Assembly: GCF_006345805.1 (NCBI RefSeq)
Contig: NW_021832681.1
Coordinates: 1-29,963 of the forward strand
Reading direction: 5' to 3'
Length of the DNA stretch: 29,963 bases
Source of the DNA: Octopus sinensis
Taxonomy: Eukaryota
Shown here: piece after piece, positions 9,641 through 22,333 of the stretch
Layout: every line of letters starts with the position of its first letter
Numbering within the stretch: the stretch's first letter is position 1
Program-made: the position numbers and the translations under genes
The notes under the pieces: model-generated
The model's database searches: none
What the model was told of the DNA's origin: nothing
The model's input: the letters and a program-made list of their open reading frames with translations, nothing else

Positions 9641-11709
9641 TCATACCGACACTAGATATCAGATTTTGAATCTCCTTGCCTTCATACTTACCACAAAATC
9701 ACTAAAATAGAAAAAAATTCGTTCAAGAAGTACACTATGTGTATCATTTTATTTATGTGTACATACTGATATTTTTAATTTTTGCATTATGGCCGGATCT
9801 AATTAACTCCAGATTTTCATGCAAATGTAGTTTTTCAGTTAAGATTGTTTTTTTTTAGTTATTCAGTATGCTCATGTTATTTAATTATCCCGGTTACAAC
9901 ACTGCTTAATAATCCTATTATGTATAATTGCTCATGTACAGAAGAATCCACACTTTCCTGAGATCTAATACAACGAAGCTTATCTTAAATCATCTTCCGT
10001 AATTTTTGAAACATTTAAAATAATATTTGAGTAGTAGACTTCATCTACCTTTTTGCTTATTTCTTGCGAGCTTCCAGTTCAAGCCTTCACTGCATTGAAT
10101 TTGAACTTCTTGCTTCTTCCAAATAGCAACCGAAGCCCCGTCTCTCTATGACTAACTTGTAAAACAAAAATTATTCAACTAGTGTTCACCCCATATCAAC
10201 TGATGAGCTTTTTCAATAAGATTAGTGCTCTTCTAATTTGATATTTAATAAGTTCGCTCTTAACTCTGTCTTGTAACTTTGTAGATGATGAATGTATAGG
10301 ATATTCTAAAATTCAATCCATGTATATTCTGCAGGTCCAAGAAACTGAACTCATTACTTCAATGCTTAAAAGTAGTTACTGACTGTAGTATGCTCCGCTC
10401 TCTACAATAAATCTACCTGTTATAAATAGCAGTCAAATATTCCGTATACATCATACGACCGCCTTAAAAAAGAGAAAAATGAGGTGGATAATGTAATATT
10501 AGAATTACAAAAAGACGGTGCAGCCATAACTTGAATATTTTTGACTGTGGGCCTCCTTGAACTGGATTGATCAAGGGTTAAATAACAACAAAAGCGACAT
10601 TGCTGAAATGTGCCACTTTCAATGCAACTAACTGTATTTGCACTGAATTATTGCTGGGGCCTGGAGTCAGTTCTTACTCAGGTAAGTTTACATAATGACA
10701 AAATATCAGTCAGCTATCTAGTTTTTTCTGTCATATAATATCTTTGAGGAACATACTGCATAAACTAACATGCAATGATGAATCGTATGGGATACATTAT
10801 GACAGCCTGATGAATATTTCTGGTAGCCACCATAGCGACCAAAGAAACGTGCACATGGTTGGTCTGAGAGGGACAGTTGTCCTATCCCTATTTTATTGTT
10901 GGCGGTTTATATCCTAGCACAAAACTTCAGGCTTATAAAACTATTGATATTGCACTTATTTATGTGTATGTATTTTGTTATATTTGTCTGGAAGAGATAA
11001 GAGAGAGATGAAGAAAGAGCAAGGGATGGAGAGACAAAGAGAGAGCGGGAGACACTAATGTGCTGGTATATGTTATATACGCCTAGATTTTGTGACATGG
11101 TATATGTAGTGCCAAAGACTCTCGTGGCTGAAACATGCAGTGAGCAATGAAAAGTCTGAAGCAGACTGTCCAGATGGTCTTTCATGTGTATAAGTTTTGT
11201 TTCGTTGTGTAGGCGTTCGGAAAAATGCTTACCAATATTATGATTCAAAATACGTTATGCTCATTTGTGGTATATTATTATCGTCTGTTGTCGATAGATT
11301 TCCGGACCCAGGCAGAACCGTGGTAGTCTATGGCTGATGTAATAAGTTGAACGTCCTTTTGGCAAAATGTGGCACCTGTGATTGATCTTAGCATGCTTCA
11401 CCGTTGCTTTGCTTTCTTTAATATTCTATACTGTGCGTGGATATAGTGGAGTAGTTGTATGTAGCACCTAATATCTTTGTCTTCTGTGTGCGTTGCATCT
11501 TTATGATTTTCTATGGCATTTTAGTTTATTTCATGTTCTCTAGTGTTGCGCGTACAAATGCAGTGATGTGACAGGTACAACGTTTTCAGTTGCGAAACCT
11601 TTATGTAAGCTTGAAGTAATTGTGCAATATCAACTATAGGATACTGCTAAGTGTGCGTGGCGCAGTGTAAATATTTTTGTAGTAGTGTAGGAAGGTTGTG
11701 AAGGAAAAA

Positions 11710-12082
11710 TCACTCTATATATATAAACGGCAGTTTGTCTGTGTGTGTTTCTGTGTGTCTGTTAGCTTGTACCCTCACCCTGACCACGGCTTTCAACCGA
11801 TTCTGATGAAACTTGACACACACATAGCCCAATGTCATAATTCAAAACTAACGCAGCGAAAATTTTGAAAAGTTCCTCCAGTTCTGAAAAAATCGATAAA
11901 TTCGACATGGGGTCGAGAATCAGAAACACAAACCACAGACTGTCTAGGGGACGCAACTCAACCTTTTTAACTAAAAAAAAAATTTACCATCATTTTTTTT
12001 CCATTTTTTGGCTATAACTCTCTAAAAATGCTTTATAGTTATTTCCCTTACAAACCCGAGCAACGCCGGGCCACACTGCTAG
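11710..12082 (+). mobile_element. Non-autonomous Helitron, copy 1
   Basis: Inserted between A and T with no TSD. Starts with TC at 11710. Subterminal hairpin CCCGAGCAACGCCGGG (12055-12070). Ends with CTAG at 12079-12082. Confidence 0.85.
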
Positions 12083-12552
12083 TTTTAAATAAAAGGATGC
12101 AATTTCAGATTATGAATGTGTTGTTTTTGTACGCTGCATATTCTTGGTTACTTGCCAGCATTTTGTTGTTTAACATATTATTCTCACAGTTCTAATATAA
12201 TTACAATGGTTACGGGGAACAGGTGATTTTTCTTTTTCTTGTGAAAACTATCGTATTTTCGTGTTAGGCTTCTGATTGTTGTTCTGTTGAGCTTAATTGG
12301 CTAAATTCGTGTTGTATCTACGAGGCTTGATGCGGGAATTAGTGATATTAAGGATTAGCATTTCAATACATTTGAGTTTGAGTTTTCGTCGAGTTGCTAT
12401 GATTTTGCCCGGCCTCAGAATTCTGGAAAGTTGACAATATTGATACAAATTGTAGATAATGCTAAGTAATGTTATTCCTTTAAGCCTTTAGTATTTTAAG
12501 TACATGTTTGTAAATTTTTTTATCGAAGAATCTTTTTAGTTTTCAGCTTTCA

Positions 12553-12973
12553 TCTCTCTATATATAAACGGCAGTTTGTCTGTCTGTGTGGCTGTCAGGT
12601 TGTACCCTCACCCTGACCACGGCTTTCAAACGATTCTGATGAAACTTGACACACACATAGCCCAATGTCATAATTCAAAACTAACGCAGCGAAAATTTTG
12701 AAAAGTTCCCCAGTTCTGAAAAAAATCGATAAATTCGACATGGGGTCGAGAATCTAAGCTTTTTATATGCAACACATTTTCTGTTGTAGTTTTCGCAACT
12801 TGCAATCGGGAGACAGCTAGGAACATCGTATACACAGAAGTATTCAAGTGAAGAGAAGACATTGCAACCTACACATGCGCCTTCGTTCCCTAGAGGGAAA
12901 GAACTAGATTGGGATTAGTCGTTGCCTACTAGGGGCTCTTACATACCCGGGCAACGCTGGGCTATGCTGCTAG
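12553..12973 (+). mobile_element. Non-autonomous Helitron, copy 2 (same 5' module, different 3' half)
   Basis: A^TC start at 12553. 12553-12754 is near-identical to 11710-11921. Hairpin CCCGGGCAACGCTGGG (12946-12961). CTAG^T end at 12970-12973. Confidence 0.85.
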
Positions 12974-13500
12974 TTATTGATACATGGGTATCTGAGAGAA
13001 AAGGAGTCAAAATCATAATCTAGATTGAAGATTAACATTTTCTCAGTTCTTATGTTTTAGTGGTTTTTCAAGGCTGGTTTTCTAGATATATCTCATAAGT
13101 CCTTTCGTGGGCATATTATTTGAGACTATTGTGAACGTGGTATTGTGACATGTGACATGTGTATTGTGACATGTGGTATGGCGCGGTCCTTGTAGCTGAT
13201 GATGCTATATTATTAAATTTTAATATTCGTTTCGAGGATTTTTTCCGACACCGATATTTTCCGGTTCTGTAATTGTCTATGGATTATATATTTTCGGAAT
13301 TTTCTTGTTTACTTATTTTGACGCTGAGTTTTATTTCGGTTCTACTTTGTTTGATGCGTTGTGTTTGAAGATATCGCTGGAATTTTATGAGGCTGGCTAT
13401 TTCTGGTGTGCAATTAGGACGGTGTTTTATGATGGCTTACAGGATATGTTTTGAGGAAGAACCTCTTATTGCGTTGTTGAATGTATGTACTATAGTATCT

Positions 13501-13889
13501 TCTTCTTTAGCACTCCGTCGGTTACGACGATGAGGGTTCCGGTTGATCCGAATCAACGGAAAAGCCTGCTCGTGAAATTAACGTGTAAGTGGCTGAGCAC
13601 TCCACAGACACGTGCACCCTTAACGTAGTTCTCAGGGATATTCAGCATGACACAGAGAGTGACAAGGCCGGCCCTTTGAAATACAGGTACAACAGAAACA
13701 GGAAGTAAGAGTGAGAGAAGGTTGTGGTGAAAGAGTACAGCAGGGATCACCACCATCCCCTGCCGGAGCCTCGTGGAGCTTTAGGTGTTTTCGCTCAATA
13801 AACACTCACAACGCCTGGTCTGGGAATCGAAACCACGATCCTATGACCGCGAGTCCGCTGCCCTAACCACTGGGCCATTGCGCCTCCAC
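13501..13889 (-). mobile_element. tRNA-derived SINE, family B (probably the octopus OR type), full length with TSD
   Basis: Head GTGGAGGCGCAATGGCCCAGTGGTTAGG...GGTTTCGATTCCC. Exact 12-bp TSD ACTATAGTATCT at 13489-13500 and 13890-13901. A second copy lies at 27589-27936. Confidence 0.92.
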
Positions 13890-14289
13890 ACTATAGTATC
13901 TATGGTGGTGCTGTTCAGTGTACGTACCGTAATGTCAATAGCAATGGTGATGCTGGTGTTGCAATATTCTAAAAACTTCAATTCTATTTCATAGGAAAGC
14001 ACTTTGCCAATAGATGTTGATGCAGATCATCAGCCTGCCCTTTCTATCAAGGTGAAATTCTCGTTGGCATATTCCACAACCTTTAATTTGCAGATTTCAT
14101 CAAAAATAAATTTGTTATTGGAATTAGTTATTGAATTACGTTTTGTACCAGTGTCGGTGTTGGTTTTGTCTCCTTTAATGATTGTCCTATGTTGCTTGTA
14201 AAGTTTCATTGAGTTATTGCTATTCTTGTAAGAATTAGTAGAAACTTTTGCGGATGAATGGAGTTATGGTGAGGAATGCAGTTGTAGTG

Positions 14290-14490
14290 ATGAGTTATGG
14301 TGGTGGTGGTGGTGGTGGTTGTCGTGGTGGTGTTGGTGGTGATGATATGTTTGGGTGTGATGATGATGACGATGAGGGACAGTGGCGATGACGATGATGA
14401 TGAGAGGGAAGATGACAATGACGAGGAGGAGGAGGAGAAGGAGGAGGAAGAAGAGAAAGAAGGGGAGGGTAACGATGATGACGGTGGTGA
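14290..14490. repeat. GGT/GAT/GAG triplet low-complexity tract
   Basis: Visible triplet runs. The poly-V/D/E ORFs here are artefacts. Confidence 0.85.
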
Positions 14491-15149
14491 TCGCCTTAAG
14501 TAGTCGTAATACTAAGACATGTGATGCAGTAGTGTTGTCGTTGGTGGTTGTCCTTTAAGGATTTTCATTGGCAACACGTGAAGATATAATAGTGTTAGAT
14601 TTGCTTTTAATACTGGAACCATTCTAATTATATTAATGATGATCATTATGTTTTTTCGGAGAGGTTTTTAAAAAATAATTATTTTGTATCCGTTTGTGTA
14701 ATTTCATTTGCAAATTCTTTGGAATTAAAGCAATCATGATTGGATTTGTGTAATCAAAATATACAAAAAAAAACCAACTAAACTAATAACTATTCAGACA
14801 AGAAAAAAAGGCCATGAGGTTAATGAGGAGCACGAATAAGAGAAGGTGGGGCGACGCACATGCTAGTGGTGGTGGTGGTGACGAGGAGGGGGATGTGTTA
14901 GGATCAGGATTTTGAACATGATAATCATGATGATCATGGTGGTAGTGGTAGTGGTGGTGATGACGATGATGACGACGTCAACGATGACGCAAGCAACGGA
15001 TAGAAAATGCGTATATATATAAATGATGCATAAAAGGGAAGAAAAAAACTTTCGTATCTCAGCTTACAAAATTAAGCAAAAAAACGTTCAGTTAATAAAA
15101 TATACAGTAGTTGATTATCACAAAGCAATGTATGAGAGTAGAGTTTATA

Positions 15150-15187
15150 TGTGTGTGCGTGCGTGTGTGGTGGTGGTGGTAGTAGTT

Positions 15188-15221
<34 letters not shown>

Positions 15222-15310
15222 CAGTAGTAGTAGCAGCAGCAGCAGTAGCAGTAGCAGCAGTAGTAGTTGTAGTAGTAGTTAGTAGTAGTAGTAGTAGTAG
15301 TAGTAGTAGA
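15150..15310. repeat. (GTA)n/(GCA)n microsatellite
   Basis: Visible run. Confidence 0.9.
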
Positions 15311-15796
15311 CTCAGTGTATTGATACTCTGAGTTTCATCTGTTATGGCAGAGTCATAACTTACCTGGCGATCTCAGGTAAGGAGATCTCAGGTGAAATAT
15401 TATTTATTTGCTAAACTAAAAATCAGAAAGCAATTGGTCCAGGAAACAAGATGGTAAAAGTTTTTATTTTTCTCATTTCGTTCCTGTCGAATTCTATCCC
15501 TAATTTTGTGGTTATACAACCTAGCTGTTCTTTCTAGCGCGTTGAATCCTACGAGTGGATTCCTTACGTGTTTAAATGCACACTGTATTTCATATGTGTG
15601 TGTGTGTGTGTGTGTGTTTGCGTGTGCGCGCGAGTGCGTGTATGCATGTATGAATGCATGTATGTAAATGTATACATGCATACATATAAATGTATGTATC
15701 AATATGTACATACATATATATGAATATATATATACATATATATATATGAATATATATGTTATATATATATATTATATATATATATGAATATATATG

Positions 15797-15831
<35 letters not shown>

Positions 15832-16129
15832 ATATACCTATATTTATGCATATTTATAGACATATACATGTATATACACGTATACTTATATCTATATGTA
15901 TGTTTGTCCGTATTCATATGCATACACACGCGAGCTAGTGCATTCCTAAGTGTACAAACTACGAACCGATAACTATAAATTCATCCATGTGTGAGTGTCT
16001 GTGACAGTGGTGTGTTTATAGGTGGTTGTGTGAATGTATATATGCGCATGCGTTGGAAATAGATAGAAGCAGATATTCAGTCTGACTGACATCTAGGTAG
16101 ATTGATAGGCCGACAGACAGTTAGACAGA

Positions 16130-16140
16130 CAAATAGATAC

Positions 16141-16172
<32 letters not shown>

Positions 16173-16176
16173 GATT

Positions 16177-16223
<47 letters not shown>

Positions 16224-16270
16224 TAAAGATAGATAGATAGATAGAAAGATAGATAGATAGATAGATAGTT

Positions 16271-16306
<36 letters not shown>

Positions 16307-16335
16307 TATAGATAGATAGATAGATAGATAGACAG
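16130..16335. repeat. (GATA)n microsatellite, interrupted
   Basis: Visible run. Confidence 0.9.
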
Positions 16336-16764
16336 ATGAATGCATATATACATACTTATACACACGTAAATATATACGTACACATGAAAATATATATATT
16401 TACATACATACATGCATGTATGTATGCTTACATACATATACATACATTTATATAACAACGTTGTGATTAAGAGATGGCCGCTATTTACGTCTATCAGTTA
16501 TCTCCAATCTCAGTTCCGAAATTGCTTTAAATATGATAAAAGCATCGAAGACACACATTTAATTTCCAGATAAATAGAACACATTCAGCACTTGAGTACT
16601 GCAAGAAATACGATCAAGAATATCACTTAGAGCTGATTCAGTGTTTCATGAGATCATTACAGGAGCTTAGAGTTTCAATCCCCAATCATCTGATGGTATA
16701 TGGGTCGTTCAACTAATATGGCGGCCAAATAGATATTGGACGATTTTCTTCCTCCTCTGCTACT

Positions 16765-16786
16765 ATTGTTGTTGTTGCTGTTGTTG

Positions 16787-16855
<69 letters not shown>
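16765..16855. repeat. (TTG)n/(ATT)n microsatellite
   Basis: Visible run. Confidence 0.9.
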
Positions 16856-17028
16856 GGCTTCTAAAAATGTGGCTAAAAACAAATTCACTGAAAAACAATT
16901 ACTGGACACGGGTCTAACGGACTGACTGACTGATTGATTTGTCATTAGTGGACAGTACTGGCGTTATTGGTTGTAAAAGCTGACCATCAAATGAAAGGAA
17001 GAGAATACACGTAGACAATATTGTATAT

Positions 17029-17081
<53 letters not shown>

Positions 17082-17084
<3 letters not shown>

Positions 17085-17251
17085 CTCACCACACATACAT
17101 ACATGCATGCGTACATATATGCGTACATTGTGTGTGTGTGAGTATATATATATATATATTATATGTATGTATGTATATATATATACTTCCATCCAGCTCA
17201 CCACACACATACATGCATGCGTACATTATATGCGTACATTGTGTGTGTGAG

Positions 17252-17305
<54 letters not shown>
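17082..17305. repeat. Tandem duplication of a ~112-bp unit
   Basis: CAGCTCACCACAC...ATGCATGCGTACAT...TGCGTACATTGTGTGTGTGAG occurs at 17082 and 17194. Confidence 0.85.
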
Positions 17306-17322
<17 letters not shown>

Positions 17323-17429
17323 ATATTTATATGTGTATACACACACATACAGCTTATATACATATTCTATTATGTATATATGTATGGATGGATGGATGGA
17401 TTGATGGAAAAAGGAATGGATGGATGGAC

Positions 17430-17491
<62 letters not shown>

Positions 17492-17492
17492 T

Positions 17493-17570
<78 letters not shown>
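17430..17570. repeat. (GATA)n microsatellite
   Basis: Long, near-pure run. Confidence 0.95.
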
Positions 17571-17902
17571 TTAGCTAGAGAGTGTACATATGTGCAGTAT
17601 GTTCGGTTGTTGCTTTCGTGTTAAGCAACAGTTTGGTCCCTATGGAGAAAAGTTCTGATCAAAGCAGTCTGACCATTGTTTACGCTGTTCTTTCCTCTGT
17701 TTCTTATTTGAAAACGGTATACTTTGAATTAAGACGTACTGCGATGCTACTTCTGGAAAAGCAAGTGATAACGTATATGTGTGTGTGTGTGTGTAGTTTA
17801 ACAACATTTAAATAAATGAGAAAATTATAAGAAAGCCAGCTAAATTATAAATTGATGCATCTCTAAATATGAGTGCATTGGTTACTGATGATTATGTATA
17901 TT

Positions 17903-18115
17903 CTTTTCTGATCTAGGCACAAGGCCCGGAATTTTGGGGGAGGGAGCCAGTTGATTAGATCAACCCAAGTACGCAACTGGTACTTAATTTATCGACCCCG
18001 AAAGGATGAAAGGCAAAGTCGGCCTCGGCGGAATTTGAAATCAGAACGTAAACACAGGTGAAATACAGGTAAACATTTCGTCCAGCGTGCTAATATTTCT
18101 GCCAGCTTGCCGCCT
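17903..18115 (-). mobile_element. tRNA-derived SINE, family C, with TSD
   Basis: Head AAGGCGGCAAGCTGGCAGAA and core CTTTCATCCTTTCGGGGTCGATAAATTAAGTACC. Exact 17-bp direct repeat TGATGATTATGTATATT at 17886-17902 and 18116-18132. A homolog lies at 24050-24261. Confidence 0.88.
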
Positions 18116-18451
18116 TGATGATTATGTATATTAATCAAATATGGAGGGATGACAAGACCTGCATTGAGAAATCTACCTGTGTGTATTATTTATGATGGTA
18201 TATTTGCATGTAGTGTTTATTTAATTCTACTTGCTTCTGTCATTGGGCTACCGCTACGCTGGAAACCCATCTTCAAAGGTTTTTAATCAACCATAGCAAC
18301 TCAAGCTCGTATTTCACTCGGGTAATTATTTTAAACGATAACTATTAGCTCAGTTGCAAAGTTGCGAGACATAATGGGACGTAGTATACGTAAAAAAACA
18401 TAGTTTCCTCACTAGTGTAACCATAAACGCACACAAACACACACATAGCTA

Positions 18452-18863
18452 TACTCTCTTTTACTCTTTTACTTGTTTCAGTCATTTGAGTGCGGCCATG
18501 CTGGAGCACCGCCTTTAGTCGATCAAATCGACCCCCAGGACTTATTCTTTGTAAGCCTAGTACTTATTCTATCTGTCACTTAAACCGAACCGCTAAGTAA
18601 CAGGGACGTAAACACACCAGCATCGGTTAGCAAGCGATGTTGGTCGGACAAACACAGACACACAAACATACACACACATATACATACACATATATATACA
18701 TATATACGACGGGATTCTTTCAGTTTCCGTCTACCAAATCCACTCACAAGGCATTGGTCGGCTCGAGGCTATAGTAGAAGACATTTGCCCAAGTTGCCAC
18801 GTAGTGGGACTGAACCCGGAACCATGTGGTTGGTAAGCAAGCTACTTACCACACAGCCACTCC
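18452..18863 (-). mobile_element. SINE family A, full length
   Basis: Aligns end to end with 3221-3596. B-box-like GGGTTCAGTCCC. Confidence 0.9.
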
Positions 18864-19324
18864 TATATAATAATAATAATATAATATGGCTGCCCTTCGC
18901 AAGCGTGTTTGAGCAGACTTTACGTCGTCCTACACTTCATCCAGCATAGCAGCGATCATGTGACTCCGGAGAGAGGGAGTGCTCCAGAAGCACTCGTTTG
19001 GTACACATTGTCAGTTGATTAGGCTGGACAAAACAAGAAATGATGTGCCTCGTCGCAAGGCACTTCATTTCACCGCTTCATGTATGTATTTGTGTGTGTA
19101 TGTTTGTGCATAAATATAGTTATACATTCTATGAATACATATATATATATATATATATAAGTCCTGTTGTATACATATTGGCGGCACGATAAATACGCAG
19201 TGTGACGCGCAGTAGGATCGAAACCTCAACTATGTGTTTGATTCGCTAACTTCTTTTATCTGCGCTTATGAATATTTCTATGCGTATGTGAATGTATTTA
19301 TCCATGTATGTGTGTACTTATATG

Positions 19325-19590
19325 CATGTTGTATGTATGTATGTATGTATGTATGTATGTATGCATGTATGTATGTATATATGTATGTATTTATGTATGT
19401 ATGTATGTATGTATGTATGTATGTATGTATTTATGTATGTATGTATGTATGTATGTATTTATGCATGCATGTATGTATGTATGTATGTATTTATGTATGT
19501 ATTTATGTATGTATGTATGTATGTATGTATGTATGTATGTATATATGTATGTATGTATGTATGTATGCATGTATGTATGTATGCATCCGG
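19325..19590. repeat. (TATG)n microsatellite
   Basis: Visible run. The MYVC-type ORFs are artefacts. Confidence 0.95.
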
Positions 19591-20034
19591 TTACGTATCC
19601 GGTTATGTACAAATATCTAGATGGATATATAGATAGATGGATCGAAGCAGAGAACAGTTTATAACTATTTATAAATGTGTGCATGTTTGAGCGAGCATGC
19701 ACTATGGGATGCATGTCCGTATGCACATACAGAGATCGATAGATGGATGGATGTAGGAAGGATAGATGGATGGTTGGTTGGCTGGTTGGTTGGTTGGATG
19801 GATTGATACATGAACAGACAAATAGCTGGATGAATGGGTGTATATATGGATGAATGGATGGACGGTTGGCTGTATTGATGAATGGTCGGTTAATAATACA
19901 GATGATCGACGAAATGTAATAAATACAGATATTTATTTCGATAACCCCGACCTTATAACCCAAGCGTTAATTAAAGAAACTTCGATACGTATATAGATAT
20001 ATAGATACATACACACATATATATATATAGTTAC

Positions 20035-20067
<33 letters not shown>

Positions 20068-20279
20068 AGTGAATATATGTACGCTTTCATATGTATAAAT
20101 ATATATATATATACATGGATATACGTATGATGTATGGATGTATACACATGCATATATATATGTGTGTGTGTGTGTGTATGTGTGTGTATGTGTGTGTGAG
20201 TGTGTGTGTGAGAGAGTGTGTGTGTATGTGTGTAAATTACATCTATAACCATAGCACAGTGTGTTGGACTGGAAAGTTT

Positions 20280-20323
20280 TATAATAATAATGATATTAAT
20301 AATAATAATAATAATAATGATAT

Positions 20324-20378
<55 letters not shown>
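20280..20378. repeat. (AAT)n microsatellite
   Basis: Visible run. Confidence 0.9.
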
Positions 20379-20735
20379 TCGCGGTGGGGTTGAGAAAGAG
20401 AGGGAGGGGAGGGGGAATGAGGTATTTGAGGAGGAACAGGAGGAGGGAGAAGTGGGAAAATGAAAAAGGGGAAGTTGAGAAACAGGAAGAAGAGGAGGAC
20501 GATGTTAACGAGGACGATTCTGATTATGATGATGATGGTGATGATGGTGATGGTGAATATTCAGCCAAAATATTTAATGAAAAACTGAAACATTTCATAA
20601 CAACTGTAGCGAAAATATCGAAGTAAACATTTGTACCGAGACTATAACTGTAAAAGAAAAAAGTATATGAAGTAATCAAGGAAATCGAAAAAGAATATAC
20701 GTGTGTGTGTGCGCTCTTCACCTGAGTTTCGGACT

Positions 20736-20769
<34 letters not shown>

Positions 20770-21076
20770 AAGAGAGGCGGGGGAGAGATAAATATATATC
20801 GGTGCCTAAAAATAATAACCAGTATGTAACAACTGCTGTATGAATGGGGGGGGGGAATAAGTTGCGTATATATATTTGATATCAACTACGTGTGAAGACC
20901 GTTTGTAGACACAAGAATATTTATTGGTTTCAGAGACATGAAGTATGCCAGAAAGAGAATCTATGTAAAGATATGATATGAATACAGTAGATATATGTAT
21001 AACGGTGGTGTTTTATTTAGTTTTTATTACCTGTTACCTAAATATCTAAATATCTATCTTATTTAAACAGCTTCTT

Positions 21077-21134
<58 letters not shown>

Positions 21135-21898
21135 TTAACACGTACGTATATATATAATATATTTATGGATTTGTGTGTGTAATATATACATATGCATTCC
21201 TGTTTTTGCGCATGTGTGTGTACGTGTGTGTATGTGTGTATGTACGTGTGTGTATGTGTGCGTGTACGTGTGTGTGTACGTGCGTGTGTGTGTGATTGCA
21301 AACTTATATGTATTTGTGTTTATCACTTTCTTTGCATGATCGTCCGTGTGAAATCTTACATTTTAATATAAACCCGTTTTTGTGCACACTTGTTTACTAT
21401 ATTCCATTTACATTTTATGATCACCCTGTATTATAAAACATATTCATGTTTGTCAGATTTATCACACTACATGGTTACCATCTATACTTTTTTTTCCCCG
21501 CTCTTCTCTTATTTCATAAGTTATGTCGCTTGTTGCTTTAGTATTTCAAGTCTTCTGCAATAAATTCTTCTGTGTAAACTCCTATATTTCTATAGCGTGT
21601 AACACTAGCATGGCTCGTTACTGTATTACCATACTATAAGGTTCAATATATTCAGTGTTTGTGCCTCAAAAGGATTCTAATATACAGATATCATTTCTTC
21701 TATGTAGATGATACGTTCGATTCCGTTCCCTTACTAATTCGGAAAACACCCATGTTCACACCTTACTATTAACAGAAATCTTGAGACGGTAATCTAACTG
21801 TATGTGACTATATAGGTGTTATTTAATAACACCACTAAACAATTACTAAATATTTCATAGAAGTAGGCATACATTCAAAGAGGGTATGTCTACTAAAG

Positions 21899-22333
21899 AG
21901 GCGCAGGCGTGACTGTAGGGTAAGAAGCTTGCTTACCAACCACATGGTTCCGGATTCTGTCCCACTGCGTGGCACCTTGAGCAAGTACGTTGTACTATAG
22001 ACTCGCGCTGACCAAAATCTTGTGAGTGGATTTGGTAGATGGAAACTGAAAGAAGCCCGTCGTACATATGTATATATATATATATGTGTGTGTGTGTGTC
22101 ATTGTGTGTATCATTGTGTTGGGCTTGTCCTCCCTACTACACCGCTTAACAACCGGTGCTGGTGTATTTACGTCTTCATAGCTTAGCAGTTCGGCAAAAG
22201 TGACTGATAGATATGTACCAAGCTTAATAAAAAGTACTGGGATCGATTCAGTCGACTGAAAATTCTCCAAGGCGGTGCCCCAGCATAGCCGCAGTCTACT
22301 GGCTGAAACATAAAAATTAAAGATAAAGATAGG
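21899..22333 (+). mobile_element. SINE family A, diverged full-length copy
   Basis: Same head, core and tail as the other family A copies, on the plus strand. Candidate 8-bp TSD TACTAAAG at 21891-21898 and 22334-22341. Confidence 0.85.

Larger units (their letters stand above)
11050..14200 (-). mobile_element. Old LINE ORF2 relic (I/Jockey-group-like, clade uncertain) interrupted by two Helitrons and a SINE; boundaries approximate
   Basis: Minus-strand fragments in expected ORF2 order: FNNAIRGSSSKHIL and TPEIASLIK (~13385-13490), RPGKIIA (~12400), KTKILGATY (~11461-11480), MLRSITGATFCQK, IDYHGSAW and LHNETKLIHMKDHL (~11170-11212). Confidence 0.6.

Noticed and set aside
10200-10240. CTGATGA followed by GAGC...GCTC; also CTGATGA inside both Helitron 5' modules
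   Set aside because: No GAAA follows a stem II and there is no stem I or III, so these are not hammerheads.
9930-10340. Possible pogo/Tigger relic on the minus strand (STNLIEKAHQL...NFCFTS)
   Set aside because: Similarity is too weak by eye, with no clear DDE motif. It needs an HMM search.
10400-10575. Sequence reminiscent of another octopus SINE tail
   Set aside because: Single occurrence here with no head or TSD. The impression rests on recall only.
15355-15381. ACTTACCTGGC (U1 snRNA 5' end, or a perfect minus-strand splice donor) within an 8-bp inverted repeat
   Set aside because: Only 11 nt match U1, with no stem-loops or Sm site, and no convincing exon frame or acceptor could be tied to it.
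17570-17780. Possible minus-strand exon after TTGCTTTTCCAG (VASQYVLIQSIPFSNKKQRKEQRKQWSDCFDQNFSP*)
   Set aside because: No recognisable homology or partner exons, so it cannot be distinguished from chance.
20384-20626. 80-aa acidic ORF
   Set aside because: GA/GAT low-complexity sequence of the same kind as other triplet tracts in the window.
21815-21890. Two short hairpins (GGTGTTAT-TTA-ATAACACC and GTAGGCATAC...GTATGTCTAC)
   Set aside because: Stems of 8-10 bp are expected by chance in AT-rich DNA, with no supporting context.
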